From a virus: a stretch of 64,000 nucleotides of DNA. The first letter of the stretch is position 1. Each line of letters starts with the position of its first letter. The notes under the pieces are model-generated. The model worked only from the letters and a program-made list of their open reading frames with translations. It was not told the DNA's origin and did no database searches. Location: positions 44,432 through 108,431 of the IMG/VR virus record IMGVR_UViG_3300045978_000284; one strand, written 5' to 3'. Below are positions 19,470-27,638 of the stretch, one piece after another. The position numbers and the translations under genes were made by a program.

Positions 19470-20725
19470 TGCGGCGCGAATCCTCACGGTACCGCCTGGA
19501 GCGCCAGCGGATGGCCACCCGCCCGGTGGCCTTCGTCGTCTTCAGCGTGGTCCCGAACATGCTCGACCAGTCGCGCGTGTGGGACTTCTCGAGGGACTTC
19601 GCCACGGCGGACGTCCGGTCTCGGCTCCGCGACAAGCTGGTGTGCATCCGCCACCTGAGCGGCATCGCCCAGTCGGTTGACCTGATTACCGGGGTCTCCT
19701 CGGTCGGGGCCCTGACCATCGAAATGGTGGACGTGGGCGGGATGATCACGCGCTATGTCTCGGACCCGGCGCGGCCGCTCATCCACGACCTGGGCTCCTC
19801 ACTTCCCGTGGACCCGAACCTCGGCCTGGGTCGCCACAACCGCGTGGACGTGGTGTCCGACGCCGACGCGGAGATCCGCATCGGCGGCGACATCTCGGCC
19901 TACCCCGATCTCGGCTTCATCCGCATCGACGACGAGGACATCGGCTACCGCGCGACCTACCAGGACGGTCCGGATGGGGTGTTCCGGTCGATCTCGCGCG
20001 GCATGCGCGGCACGCTGCCGGACGTTCACGATGCCGGCGCGCTCGTCCACAATGGCGAGCAGATCCGCCGCAATACCCGCGTCCGCCTGGAGCTGGGCTA
20101 CGACGCCCTGGACGAGTCGGACTACGGGCCCGGACCGGGCTACGCCCTGATGAACGTGACCCAGATCCAGTCGACCCCGGGCGGGTGGACCATCACCGCG
20201 CACGACGTCCAGGTCTTCACGCGAAAGAAGATCTTCACCAAGTCGACGACCAACAACCCGTTCACGATCAAGGGCAACCCGCTGCGCCTGGCGCTGCGCA
20301 TCCTCCTGTCGACTGGCAACGGGTCGAACAGCGCCAACGACGTGTATGAGTACGAGAACGGCGCGGGGGTCCCGAAGGACTTCGTGGACATCTCGATGTT
20401 CCGCTACTTCCAGCGCCAGTTCCCGCTCACGGAAATGCGCTTCCGGGAGCCCGGGCCGGTCGATGCCAAGACCTTCGTCGAGACCCAGCTGCTGCGTCCG
20501 CTCGGCCTGATCCCGATCATCAACCAGCGTGGCCAATACAGCGTGCGCCGGGTGACCAGCCCCACGCCGCTCCTGACGGGCATCTCCTCGGCGACGATGA
20601 CCTACCCGGAGATCATCCCGCCCGAGCCGCCCGAGCCGCCCGAGGACTCGTTCTACATCCTGCTGGAGGACGGCGGCCGGATCATGCTCGAGGACCTCAG
20701 CGGGGCCATCGAGCTGGAGCACTGA
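19469..20725 (+). CDS. Tail-tip hub/Tal-like protein, N-terminal half, copy A
   Basis: TGATG start at 19469; 'IRIDDEDIGY...RGMRGT...HDAGALVH' module; ends with 'ILLEDGGRIMLED'. Confidence 0.6.
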   Translation: MRRESSRYRLERQRMATRPVAFVVFSVVPNMLDQSRVWDFSRDFATADVRSRLRDKLVCIRHLSGIAQSVDLITGVSSVGALTIEMVDVGGMITRYVSDPARPLIHDLGSSLPVDPNLGLGRHNRVDVVSDADAEIRIGGDISAYPDLGFIRIDDEDIGYRATYQDGPDGVFRSISRGMRGTLPDVHDAGALVHNGEQIRRNTRVRLELGYDALDESDYGPGPGYALMNVTQIQSTPGGWTITAHDVQVFTRKKIFTKSTTNNPFTIKGNPLRLALRILLSTGNGSNSANDVYEYENGAGVPKDFVDISMFRYFQRQFPLTEMRFREPGPVDAKTFVETQLLRPLGLIPIINQRGQYSVRRVTSPTPLLTGISSATMTYPEIIPPEPPEPPEDSFYILLEDGGRIMLEDLSGAIELEH

Positions 20726-20726
20726 G

Positions 20727-21302
20727 ATGGCCGACACCCCGATCAGCCTGATCGCCTCGGCGGCCGCCGCGCTGACCTCGCACCGCTACGTGGTGCAGGA
20801 GGGTTCGGCCAACAAGGCGGTGAGCGGGACCCAGCTCTCCGCCCTGATCGGCTCGCTCCTCGGCCAGACGGGGTTCGTCGAGAAGAGCGCGGACCAGGCG
20901 GGCATCGTCTCGACCAGCTTCACGGACATCACGGGCATGGGGATCCCGGTCGCGGCCGGCAAGCGCTACAGCGGCCGCTTCGTGTTCATGGTGGACGCCG
21001 GGGCGACGTCGGAGGGCATCCGCATCACGCTGAGCGGGCCGGCCACGCCGACGCGTGTGTCCTGGCTTCTGACGCGGAGCACCTCGGCGACGATCGTCGC
21101 CCTGGACGCCTTCAGCGCGTACGACGTGGACCCAGGCGATACGGGCAGCGCGGGCCCGGCGCAGCGGTTGACCGTCCTCGAGTGGGTGCTCCAGAACGGC
21201 GGCACCGCCGGGACGGTGATTCCTCGGGTGCGCGCTGAGACGGGCGCCCAGGCGGTGAACATCCGCGCGGGCAGCTACGGCACGTATCGGGAGGCTGGCT
21301 GA
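20727..21302 (+). CDS. Putative tail fibre/receptor-binding protein
   Basis: 'MADTPISLI' fibre-type N-terminus; C-terminal beta-sandwich-like region. Confidence 0.5.
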   Translation: MADTPISLIASAAAALTSHRYVVQEGSANKAVSGTQLSALIGSLLGQTGFVEKSADQAGIVSTSFTDITGMGIPVAAGKRYSGRFVFMVDAGATSEGIRITLSGPATPTRVSWLLTRSTSATIVALDAFSAYDVDPGDTGSAGPAQRLTVLEWVLQNGGTAGTVIPRVRAETGAQAVNIRAGSYGTYREAG

Positions 21303-22399
21303 TGCCGCGCGACGAAACCTTTGCCTATGGCGTGGAGCGCCGCCGCTGGTCGACCCAGCCGGCGCTCTTCATCCGCGCGTCGCACGTCCCGAACTGGCTC
21401 AACCGCGGCACGGAGTACCCGTTCTCGGTCGACTTCGCCACGCTCCAGGTCAAGAACCCCACGGTCCCCAAGATCGTGTGTCTGCGGCGCGTGGGCGGTC
21501 AGAGCCAGTCCGTCGATCCGGTCTCCGGGACGTCGACGGTGGGGGCCACGACGGTCGAGCTGGTCGACGTCGGCGGCGAGATCACGCGCTACGTGGCGGA
21601 CCCAGCGCGCCGCCTGTTCCTGGCCATGGACACCAGCACCACCACCGTCCAGGTGGACGCGAACATCAGCAGCTACCCGTCGCGCGGCCACATCATCATC
21701 GACAACGAGGACATCAAGTACACCGGCCTCAACACGGTGTCCCAGACCTTCACCGGCGTCGTCCGGGCCCAGCGCGGCTCGTCCCTCGAGGCACACGCGG
21801 CCCAAGCCCTGGTGCACAACGGCGAGCGCCTGTCGCGCGGCACCCGCATGACGCTCTACCTGGGGTACGCGCCGCTGAACGAGGCGGACTACGGGCCGGG
21901 CCCGGGCTTCGCCAACATGGACATCCTATCGGTGCAGACCTCGGAGAATGGCACCGCGTGGGTGCTGCAGGCCACGGACATTCAGCGCTTCGCGCGCCGG
22001 CAGATCTTCCGCGGCGCCACGACGGATGCGCCCTTCGAGACCGGCGTGGTCCACCCGATCAACCTGGCGCTCCAGGTCCTGCTCAGCACCGGGAACGGGT
22101 CGAACACGGCCTACGATAATCTATCGTTCGATGACGGCGGCGCCATCCCGAAAGGCCTGGTGGACATCGTGAGGTTCGAGACCTACCGCGACTACTTCTT
22201 CCCGTGGGCCCAGATGCGGTTCCGAGAATCGGCCCCGACCGAGCTCAAGAGCTTCGTCGAGAACCAGTGTCTGCGCCCGCTCAACATCTTTCCGCTCGTG
22301 AACCAGCGCGGCCAGTACAGCTGCAAGCTTCTCCGCACGCCCGAGTTCCTCCGATCGGCCCTCGGCATGGGCCGGATCTCCGTCGAGGAGGTGCTCTGA
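21302..22399 (+). CDS. Tail-tip hub/Tal-like protein, N-terminal half, copy B
   Basis: Paralog of 19469-20725: VDVGG.ITRYV.DPAR, LVHNGE, DYGPGPG, LLSTGNGSN, NQRGQYS. Confidence 0.6.
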   Translation: MPRDETFAYGVERRRWSTQPALFIRASHVPNWLNRGTEYPFSVDFATLQVKNPTVPKIVCLRRVGGQSQSVDPVSGTSTVGATTVELVDVGGEITRYVADPARRLFLAMDTSTTTVQVDANISSYPSRGHIIIDNEDIKYTGLNTVSQTFTGVVRAQRGSSLEAHAAQALVHNGERLSRGTRMTLYLGYAPLNEADYGPGPGFANMDILSVQTSENGTAWVLQATDIQRFARRQIFRGATTDAPFETGVVHPINLALQVLLSTGNGSNTAYDNLSFDDGGAIPKGLVDIVRFETYRDYFFPWAQMRFRESAPTELKSFVENQCLRPLNIFPLVNQRGQYSCKLLRTPEFLRSALGMGRISVEEVL

Positions 22400-22400
22400 G

Positions 22401-22670
22401 GTGGAGAAGTGCACGGGCGTCGTCCTGGACTCGGGTGGCAACCCGCTCTCGGGCGTCACCGTCACCGTGCGCCTCGCGGGGACCGCCACCATCGCCGCCA
22501 TCTACTCGGCGAACACGACCGGCGCCCCGATGGGCAACCCCTTCACCAACGCCGCGAACGGGGCCTACGCGTTTTACGCAGCGAACGGGCGGTACGACAT
22601 CTTCTTCTTCAAGGTGGGAGTGACCTTCGTGAACGAAGACACGACTGACATCCTCCTGCACGACCACTGA
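22401..22670 (+). CDS. Small beta-sandwich (carboxypeptidase-regulatory-like) tail protein
   Basis: GGAGG SD; 'GVVLDSGGNPLSGVTVTV...NPF...G.Y.FY...GRYDI'. Confidence 0.65.
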   Translation: MEKCTGVVLDSGGNPLSGVTVTVRLAGTATIAAIYSANTTGAPMGNPFTNAANGAYAFYAANGRYDIFFFKVGVTFVNEDTTDILLHDH

Positions 22671-22673
22671 GCG

Positions 22674-23570
22674 ATGCAGGCGATCCACGGCGTCCTGTTC
22701 GATAGCGGCGGCAACCCGATGTCCAGCGTCAGCGTCTCGGTCCGCCTGGCCGGCACCGCCACCATGGCCGAGATCTTCTCGGACGACCGCCAGACGCCCA
22801 AGGCCAACCCGTTCCTGAACGATCCGAACGGGAGCTACGATTTCTATGTCACCAGCGGCCGGTACGACATCTCCTTCTCCAAGGCGGGCGTGACCTTCGT
22901 CACCGCCGATAGCACCGATGTCCTCTTCGAGGATCCGGCGGACCGCCGCACGAGCTACACGCGCTTTGACCTGGAGGGCTACTCCTGCTGGTATCCCGCC
23001 GCCGATCGCTTCGTTGTCGACGGCCACTACTTCACCACCGCAGGCAGCGTCGGGTACGATGCCTCGGCTCTGGGAGGCTGTGTTGTGCTGGCGGCCGCCG
23101 GGGGCGTCGCCGGTCGCGCCGATCTGGCCCAGCCCGGCGGCGGTATGGCCGTCCCGTGGCGCCTCAGCTCCAAGCCCCTGACCTTCTTCATGGAAATCCA
23201 GCGATACAACTTCGGCGTCGCCGGAGCCGCTCGGGTTGGGTTGACGGAGGTGTCCTTCAGCGCGGGCGACCCGGCGAACGGCGCGTATATTCGACAGATC
23301 GACTCGGCCTCGGCGTTCCTGGTGTGCCGCAAATCCGGCATCGAGTCGGCCATGGACCTCGGCTCCGGATTCGCGTCGCCGCGGAAGGTCATGTTCCGGG
23401 CCCGCTCGAACGAGGTGAAGGCCTGGATGGACGGCAACTACATGGGCGCGATCACCACGAATGTCCCCGACAGCCTGCTGGGACTGTCGATCTCCGGTGG
23501 CGCCACGACGGACAGCGGCGGTATCCTGCTCGGCGCGATCTCGATTTACTACCAGCCGCAGGTCTTCTGA
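22674..23570 (+). CDS. Tail fibre/spike: same N-terminal domain plus lectin-like C-terminus
   Basis: First ~88 aa paralogous to 22401-22670. Confidence 0.65.
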   Translation: MQAIHGVLFDSGGNPMSSVSVSVRLAGTATMAEIFSDDRQTPKANPFLNDPNGSYDFYVTSGRYDISFSKAGVTFVTADSTDVLFEDPADRRTSYTRFDLEGYSCWYPAADRFVVDGHYFTTAGSVGYDASALGGCVVLAAAGGVAGRADLAQPGGGMAVPWRLSSKPLTFFMEIQRYNFGVAGAARVGLTEVSFSAGDPANGAYIRQIDSASAFLVCRKSGIESAMDLGSGFASPRKVMFRARSNEVKAWMDGNYMGAITTNVPDSLLGLSISGGATTDSGGILLGAISIYYQPQVF

Positions 23571-24343
23571 TGTTCCTGACGACGGTCGCGCTCGACGACA
23601 TCTTCCAGCTCGGCGAGGACGCGATTATCATCGACCCGGGCACCGGGCGTCCGCTCCACCAGTGGGTGATCCAGAGCACGGTCAAAAACGCCATCGATGT
23701 CCGGTACGACTACAACCGGATCAACGCCGACGGCACGCCCCTCGCGCGGGACGCCTTCGGCCGCCGGCAGGTCTACCAGGCCGAGGCCAGCGTGGAGAAG
23801 TACGGGCCCGAGCCGACGATCGTGATGGAGTTCCGCGGGATCGACACGAACCTGGGCGGCCAGACGATCATGGACAACCTGTCGCTGGCCTTCCTGCAGC
23901 GCTGGGCCTATCCACCGCCCTTCCTGCGCTTGAGCGTGGTCTACCAGAAGCACCCGCTCGAGATCCTCGACTCGGTGCGGGTCACGCACAGCAAGATCCA
24001 GAACCCGATCACCGGCCTCATCGGCATCAAGGGCGAGCGATTCGAGATCATCGACATCGCGCCCCAGTTCCAGACGGCCGGCCGGCTCGACCTGCTGCTC
24101 CTGTGGGTGGGGGCGATCGAGACGTCGGCCGCCCCGGTCAGCGGCGGCGAGTTCACCCTGGTCCCGGGAATCCAGGTGAGCTACACGGAGCCCAACACGG
24201 CGGTCCCACTGGGCTCGTTCGTCCAGTTCGACCTGCCGGCCTCCGGGACGTCCAACGCGGCCGGCGTGCGGATCGGTCTGGCGCATCGCAGCTACCGGAT
24301 CTGGCAATGCGTCTTCGAAGTCGAAAACTACGGGGAGCTGTAG
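23570..24343 (+). CDS. Tail-tip hub/Tal-like protein, C-terminal half
   Basis: TGATG start; 'KNAIDVRYDY...ASVEKYG...LEILDSVRVTH' typical of hub C-terminal domains. Confidence 0.6.
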   Translation: MFLTTVALDDIFQLGEDAIIIDPGTGRPLHQWVIQSTVKNAIDVRYDYNRINADGTPLARDAFGRRQVYQAEASVEKYGPEPTIVMEFRGIDTNLGGQTIMDNLSLAFLQRWAYPPPFLRLSVVYQKHPLEILDSVRVTHSKIQNPITGLIGIKGERFEIIDIAPQFQTAGRLDLLLLWVGAIETSAAPVSGGEFTLVPGIQVSYTEPNTAVPLGSFVQFDLPASGTSNAAGVRIGLAHRSYRIWQCVFEVENYGEL

Positions 24344-24904
24344 GTGGGCTGGAACCCACCGGACGAGAACTGGGAGGAGCAGTTCCCTCCCTACGAGAAC
24401 CCGAACCCGCCGCCTCCGCCGCCACCTCCACCGCCACCGGGCCCGGTGTACGGCTGCCGTGTCACCGGTTCGGCCTACACGCGCCGGAGCTACTCCAGCT
24501 CGGTCACCTACCGCATCCGGTACAAGACCCAGACGGCCCCCGACGTCGAGGGCTCGTCCCTGAATCCCACCACGGGCTGGGTCACCCTCAAGACGGCCAC
24601 GCGTGGCCAGCGAGCGAACTACGACCAGATCAGCTGCACACCGGACCCTGTGAATCCCTCCACGCCCCTGGAGGACAACTGGGTGGAGTACATCCCGCTC
24701 CTGGGTGCGGCGCCGAACAAGTACAACATGCGCGTCCACTTCGACACGGTGAACACGCGGGAGGACCCCTGCAGCGCGCTTCCGGCCGAAATGTGCTCCG
24801 GTCGAGACCCAGCCGGCAGCCGCTGTCCGGGAGGGCTCCTGAGTTCGACCCTCGTTGACGATCACGCCGAAATGACCCTCGAGTTCGTGCAGGGCCTCAC
24901 GTGA
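24344..24904 (+). CDS. Cys/Pro-rich tail-tip protein (in frame with upstream gene across one TAG)
   Basis: GTG directly after TAG; GGGGAG 6 nt upstream; 11 consecutive Pro codons 24407-24439. Confidence 0.55.
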   Translation: MGWNPPDENWEEQFPPYENPNPPPPPPPPPPPGPVYGCRVTGSAYTRRSYSSSVTYRIRYKTQTAPDVEGSSLNPTTGWVTLKTATRGQRANYDQISCTPDPVNPSTPLEDNWVEYIPLLGAAPNKYNMRVHFDTVNTREDPCSALPAEMCSGRDPAGSRCPGGLLSSTLVDDHAEMTLEFVQGLT

Positions 24905-25125
24905 TCGCGCCCACGGACGCTCCCGGGATCCTGATCGCCGAGCCCGAGGATCCCCAGGGCCGGAAGCTCTGGGAGCTGGCCATCAGGAAGTGGAGGCGCG
25001 CGGGCCCCCGCGGGCCCGAAACCCATGCCGAGTGGGGCCAGGTGGTGGCGGAGTACAACGCGCTGCGCCGCAAGCTCTACGGCCCGCTCGCGACGGTCGT
25101 CTCCCAGGTCCGGGAGCATGGCTGA
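24901..25125 (+). CDS. Hypothetical protein
   Basis: GTGA overlap with upstream stop. Confidence 0.45.
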   Translation: MIAPTDAPGILIAEPEDPQGRKLWELAIRKWRRAGPRGPETHAEWGQVVAEYNALRRKLYGPLATVVSQVREHG

Positions 25126-25143
25126 CCGGACAAGACGCGGCCC

Positions 25144-25749
25144 GTGGGGCCGGCGCCCGTGGACCTGAGCCTGATGCCCGCCTTCGGCCTGGAGCTGGAA
25201 CGCGTGCTCCCGACGATCGACCCGGTGAACGGCGATCGGCTCACGGTGGTGACGCCGGCGATGGCCGGAGCTGCCCTGGTGGCCTACTGGACGGTGAACC
25301 CGCCCCGGATCATCCGCCGCTGGTTCGACTACCCGAACGACAGCTGGCGGGGATACGTCCGGGAACGCCTGGCGACCCGGTGGACCCAGTGCGCGATCGT
25401 GGTCATCGAGGCCAACCCGGAGCCCGAGGACCCGCGCGACCTCGAGGAGCTGCCGGCCCGCGGGAGCCTCCTGCGCACGATCCGGTGCTACCAGCCCGAG
25501 GCGCCTGGCCAAGTCATGGTCCAAGACGTCTGGGGTGGGCACTTCGTGACGACCACGGTGACCCGCGCCCTCTGGGACCTCGGGATCCGTGCGACGGTGG
25601 GCAACATCATGCGGACGAACTGGGACTGGAAGCGCCGGCTCATCCGGGCTGGGATCCAGATCCAGGACTGGAACGGCCGGCGGAACATGGTCCAGTGGGT
25701 GATCCCCGAGCGGCCGCCGGCCGGCCGGCCCAGCTGGTGGGGCGAGTGA
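25144..25749 (+). CDS. Hypothetical Trp-rich protein
   Basis: 201-aa ORF with phage-typical codon usage; start uncertain. Confidence 0.55.
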   Translation: MGPAPVDLSLMPAFGLELERVLPTIDPVNGDRLTVVTPAMAGAALVAYWTVNPPRIIRRWFDYPNDSWRGYVRERLATRWTQCAIVVIEANPEPEDPRDLEELPARGSLLRTIRCYQPEAPGQVMVQDVWGGHFVTTTVTRALWDLGIRATVGNIMRTNWDWKRRLIRAGIQIQDWNGRRNMVQWVIPERPPAGRPSWWGE

Positions 25750-26360
25750 TCCCCGCGGCGGAGGCCGCGGTGGTGGCCCGGCTCCTGCTGCGCGGGTCGG
25801 CGCTGGACGCCTACGCGGCCCACGCGAGCGGCTGGCTCGCGGATCGGCTGCCGGCCTTCGAGGCGGAACTGCGGTCCAACCAGGAGGACGAGCGCCGCCA
25901 TGCAGCCATCCAGGCCGAGCTGGCGGTCAGGCTCGACCCGGAGTGCCGCCCGGACGGTCAGGCCAGGCTTCTATTCGCCTCGTGGCGGGCCTGGGAGGCT
26001 CCAGGACGGCTCCTGATGCTGCACCTGGTTGAACGCATCGCCATGCTCTCGTTCGAGGTCCTGGGGCGGCGCCTGCGCCAGCTGGGGGCGCTGGACGAGG
26101 CACTCGCGGTCCTCGACATCGCCCGGGACGAGCGTCGGCACGTGCGGACCGGGCGGGACGCCCTCCTGGCAATCGGGCCGGTCCCCGCGGCCGCCGGCGT
26201 GTACCAGGCCATCCGGTCGGTGTACGCGGCGGATCCGCTCCTGGAGGTGGAGGCTCCGCGGGTCCTGGGAATCGGCCGGCTCACGGAGCTGGGTGACAGG
26301 GTGTGGGCCCGGTGGCAGAATGCTCGCGCGGGGAGTCTGGGAGACCACGGTGGCCCATAA
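25746..26360 (+). CDS. Ferritin-like di-iron protein 1
   Basis: GTG at 25746 overlapping upstream stop; two ExxH motifs (EDERRH, RDERRH) with intervening LVE. Confidence 0.7.
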   Translation: MIPAAEAAVVARLLLRGSALDAYAAHASGWLADRLPAFEAELRSNQEDERRHAAIQAELAVRLDPECRPDGQARLLFASWRAWEAPGRLLMLHLVERIAMLSFEVLGRRLRQLGALDEALAVLDIARDERRHVRTGRDALLAIGPVPAAAGVYQAIRSVYAADPLLEVEAPRVLGIGRLTELGDRVWARWQNARAGSLGDHGGP

Positions 26361-26398
26361 CCATCGAGAAGCGGGTTCGACTCCCGCCCCCGTAACCA
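26327..26398 (+). tRNA. tRNA-Met(CAT), initiator-like
   Basis: CGCGGGG/CCCCGTA acceptor with C1:A72 mismatch, GGTGG/CCATC anticodon stem, loop CCCATAA, GCGGG-TTCGACT-CCCGC T-arm, encoded CCA; short D-arm. Confidence 0.8.
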
Positions 26399-26401
26399 GC
26401 T

Positions 26402-26476
26402 CGGGGCGTGGCGCAGAGGGAGCGCGCCTGGCCTGGGACCAGGAGGTCGCCGGTTCGAGTCCGGCCGCCCCGACCA
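26402..26476 (+). tRNA. tRNA-Pro(TGG)
   Basis: CGGGGCG/CGCCCCG acceptor, GCGC D-stem, CCTGG/CCAGG stem with loop CCTGGGA, GCCGG-TTCGAGT-CCGGC, encoded CCA. Confidence 0.9.
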
Positions 26477-26477
26477 C

Positions 26478-26690
26478 ATGAAGGTCACCCAGTTCACGGC
26501 GGACCGCTCGGTCGAGGGCCAGATCACCTACCGGATCGACCTGGACGACGCCACCTTCCGCGAGCTGGTGTCCCTGAACCTGGACCAGCGCCCGATGGTG
26601 GCCGAGCTCTGGCGGGACTACGAGACCGACCAGGTGGAGATCTACACCGAGGACCAGCTCTGGGGCCGCCTGTCGGCGGTGCCTGTCTGA
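26478..26690 (+). CDS. Small acidic hypothetical protein
   Basis: 70-aa ORF starting immediately after tRNA-Pro CCA. Confidence 0.55.
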   Translation: MKVTQFTADRSVEGQITYRIDLDDATFRELVSLNLDQRPMVAELWRDYETDQVEIYTEDQLWGRLSAVPV

Positions 26691-26728
26691 GGAACCCTCA
26701 AAACCCTCGAAACCATCCGGAGGCTCCC

Positions 26729-27298
26729 ATGCTGACTGACCAGATCCTCCACGGCTTCCTCTGGGACCAGGCGCGCGGCGAAGCCATCGGCCTTGGGCGG
26801 TTCGTGTACCTGCGGCGGAGCACCCGGCTCGGCGTCGAGGACCGGCAGCTCCTTGAGCGGCGGCTCGTAGACGAGGTGAACCACGGGGCCTGGCTCACGG
26901 CCCGGGCGCGGCACTACGGCCCGCGTCCTGTCCAGGGCGGCCCGGTCTGGGACACCTGCGAGCGGGACTACCACGGCCAGGTCGCCGGCGCGATCAGCCC
27001 GGAGGAGATGCTGGTGTACGCATACCTCCCGGAGCGCTTCGCCACCAGGGTCCTGCAGCGGGCCGCCGGCGACGTCCGGGTGCACGGCGACCGGGAGACG
27101 GCCGACCTCCTGGACCAGCTCGTCCTGGACGAGCAGCGCCACGTCCGGGAGAACGGCGCCCTCCTGCAGCGCTGGGTGGCCGACCCGGAGATCGGCCCCG
27201 GGATCCGGGCCGCCTGGCACGCAGCACTCCGGGGGAACTACCACAAGTCCCTGTTCTCGGCGCCCCTGCCCGTCGGCCAGCTCCCAGCCCAGCCATAG
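26729..27298 (+). CDS. Ferritin-like di-iron protein 2
   Basis: GGAGG SD; E...DEVNH...E...DEQRH di-iron carboxylate pattern. Confidence 0.75.
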   Translation: MLTDQILHGFLWDQARGEAIGLGRFVYLRRSTRLGVEDRQLLERRLVDEVNHGAWLTARARHYGPRPVQGGPVWDTCERDYHGQVAGAISPEEMLVYAYLPERFATRVLQRAAGDVRVHGDRETADLLDQLVLDEQRHVRENGALLQRWVADPEIGPGIRAAWHAALRGNYHKSLFSAPLPVGQLPAQP

Positions 27299-27375
27299 CA
27301 GTCGGACCCAGTCGTACCCAGTCGGACCGGGTCCGACTGGGTCTCGGCAAGCCAAGCCAAGCCAAGCCAAAGCCA
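27298..27375. repeat. Short tandem/inverted repeats at the end of the late region
   Basis: CCCAGTCG-type units with inverted copy (CCCAGTCGGACC-G-GGTCCGACTGGG) followed by (CAAGC)n run. Confidence 0.75.
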
Positions 27376-27600
27376 TAGCGTAGACGTAGGCGGCGCGAAA
27401 ACTGGAAGGTGGCGCCGCGTCCGCGTCCGCTCCGCTCCGCGCGCGCAAGGCGCCCGGAGCTTCGCGGGCGGAGCCCGGTCGGCCGCTGGCGCGGCGTAGA
27501 CGTAGGCGGCGGGCGGGCGGCGGGCTGGCGCCTGGACCGCGGCCCGCGGCCGCCGGTGCCCGGACCGCGGCGAAAAAACGTCGCGCCGTCGGTTCACCCC

Positions 27601-27638
27601 TTGACACCTGTATCTCCCCGTGCGACATTGAACACATG
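27601..27638 (+). promoter_or_regulatory. Sigma70-like early promoter
   Basis: TTGACA-N17-GACATT with extended TG, ATG 6 nt after the -10. Confidence 0.65.

Noticed and set aside
22668-22670. Selenocysteine at the in-frame TGA
   Set aside because: Not at a Cys-equivalent catalytic position, no Sec machinery seen and no convincing SECIS by eye
24341-24343. Genome-wide amber (TAG) recoding
   Set aside because: TAG ends clear genes at their expected C-termini (capsid 5521, 7643, Ku 41102) and no suppressor tRNA is present
16204-24904. Diversity-generating retroelement or invertible tail cassette
   Set aside because: No reverse transcriptase or invertase recognised; paralogs are co-oriented and diverged at all base types, not adenine-specific
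26356-26358. tRNA-Ile2(CAT) or elongator Met assignment
   Set aside because: The C1:A72 mismatch and CGCGGGG acceptor favour an initiator, though identity is not certain
26327-26476. Host tRNAs marking a prophage att boundary
   Set aside because: Phage genes continue on both sides; no integrase or duplicated tRNA 3' end was seen
4580-27298. Encapsulin system (HK97 shell plus ferritin-like cargo)
   Set aside because: The capsid gene lies in a complete head-tail operon about 20 kb from the ferritin-like genes
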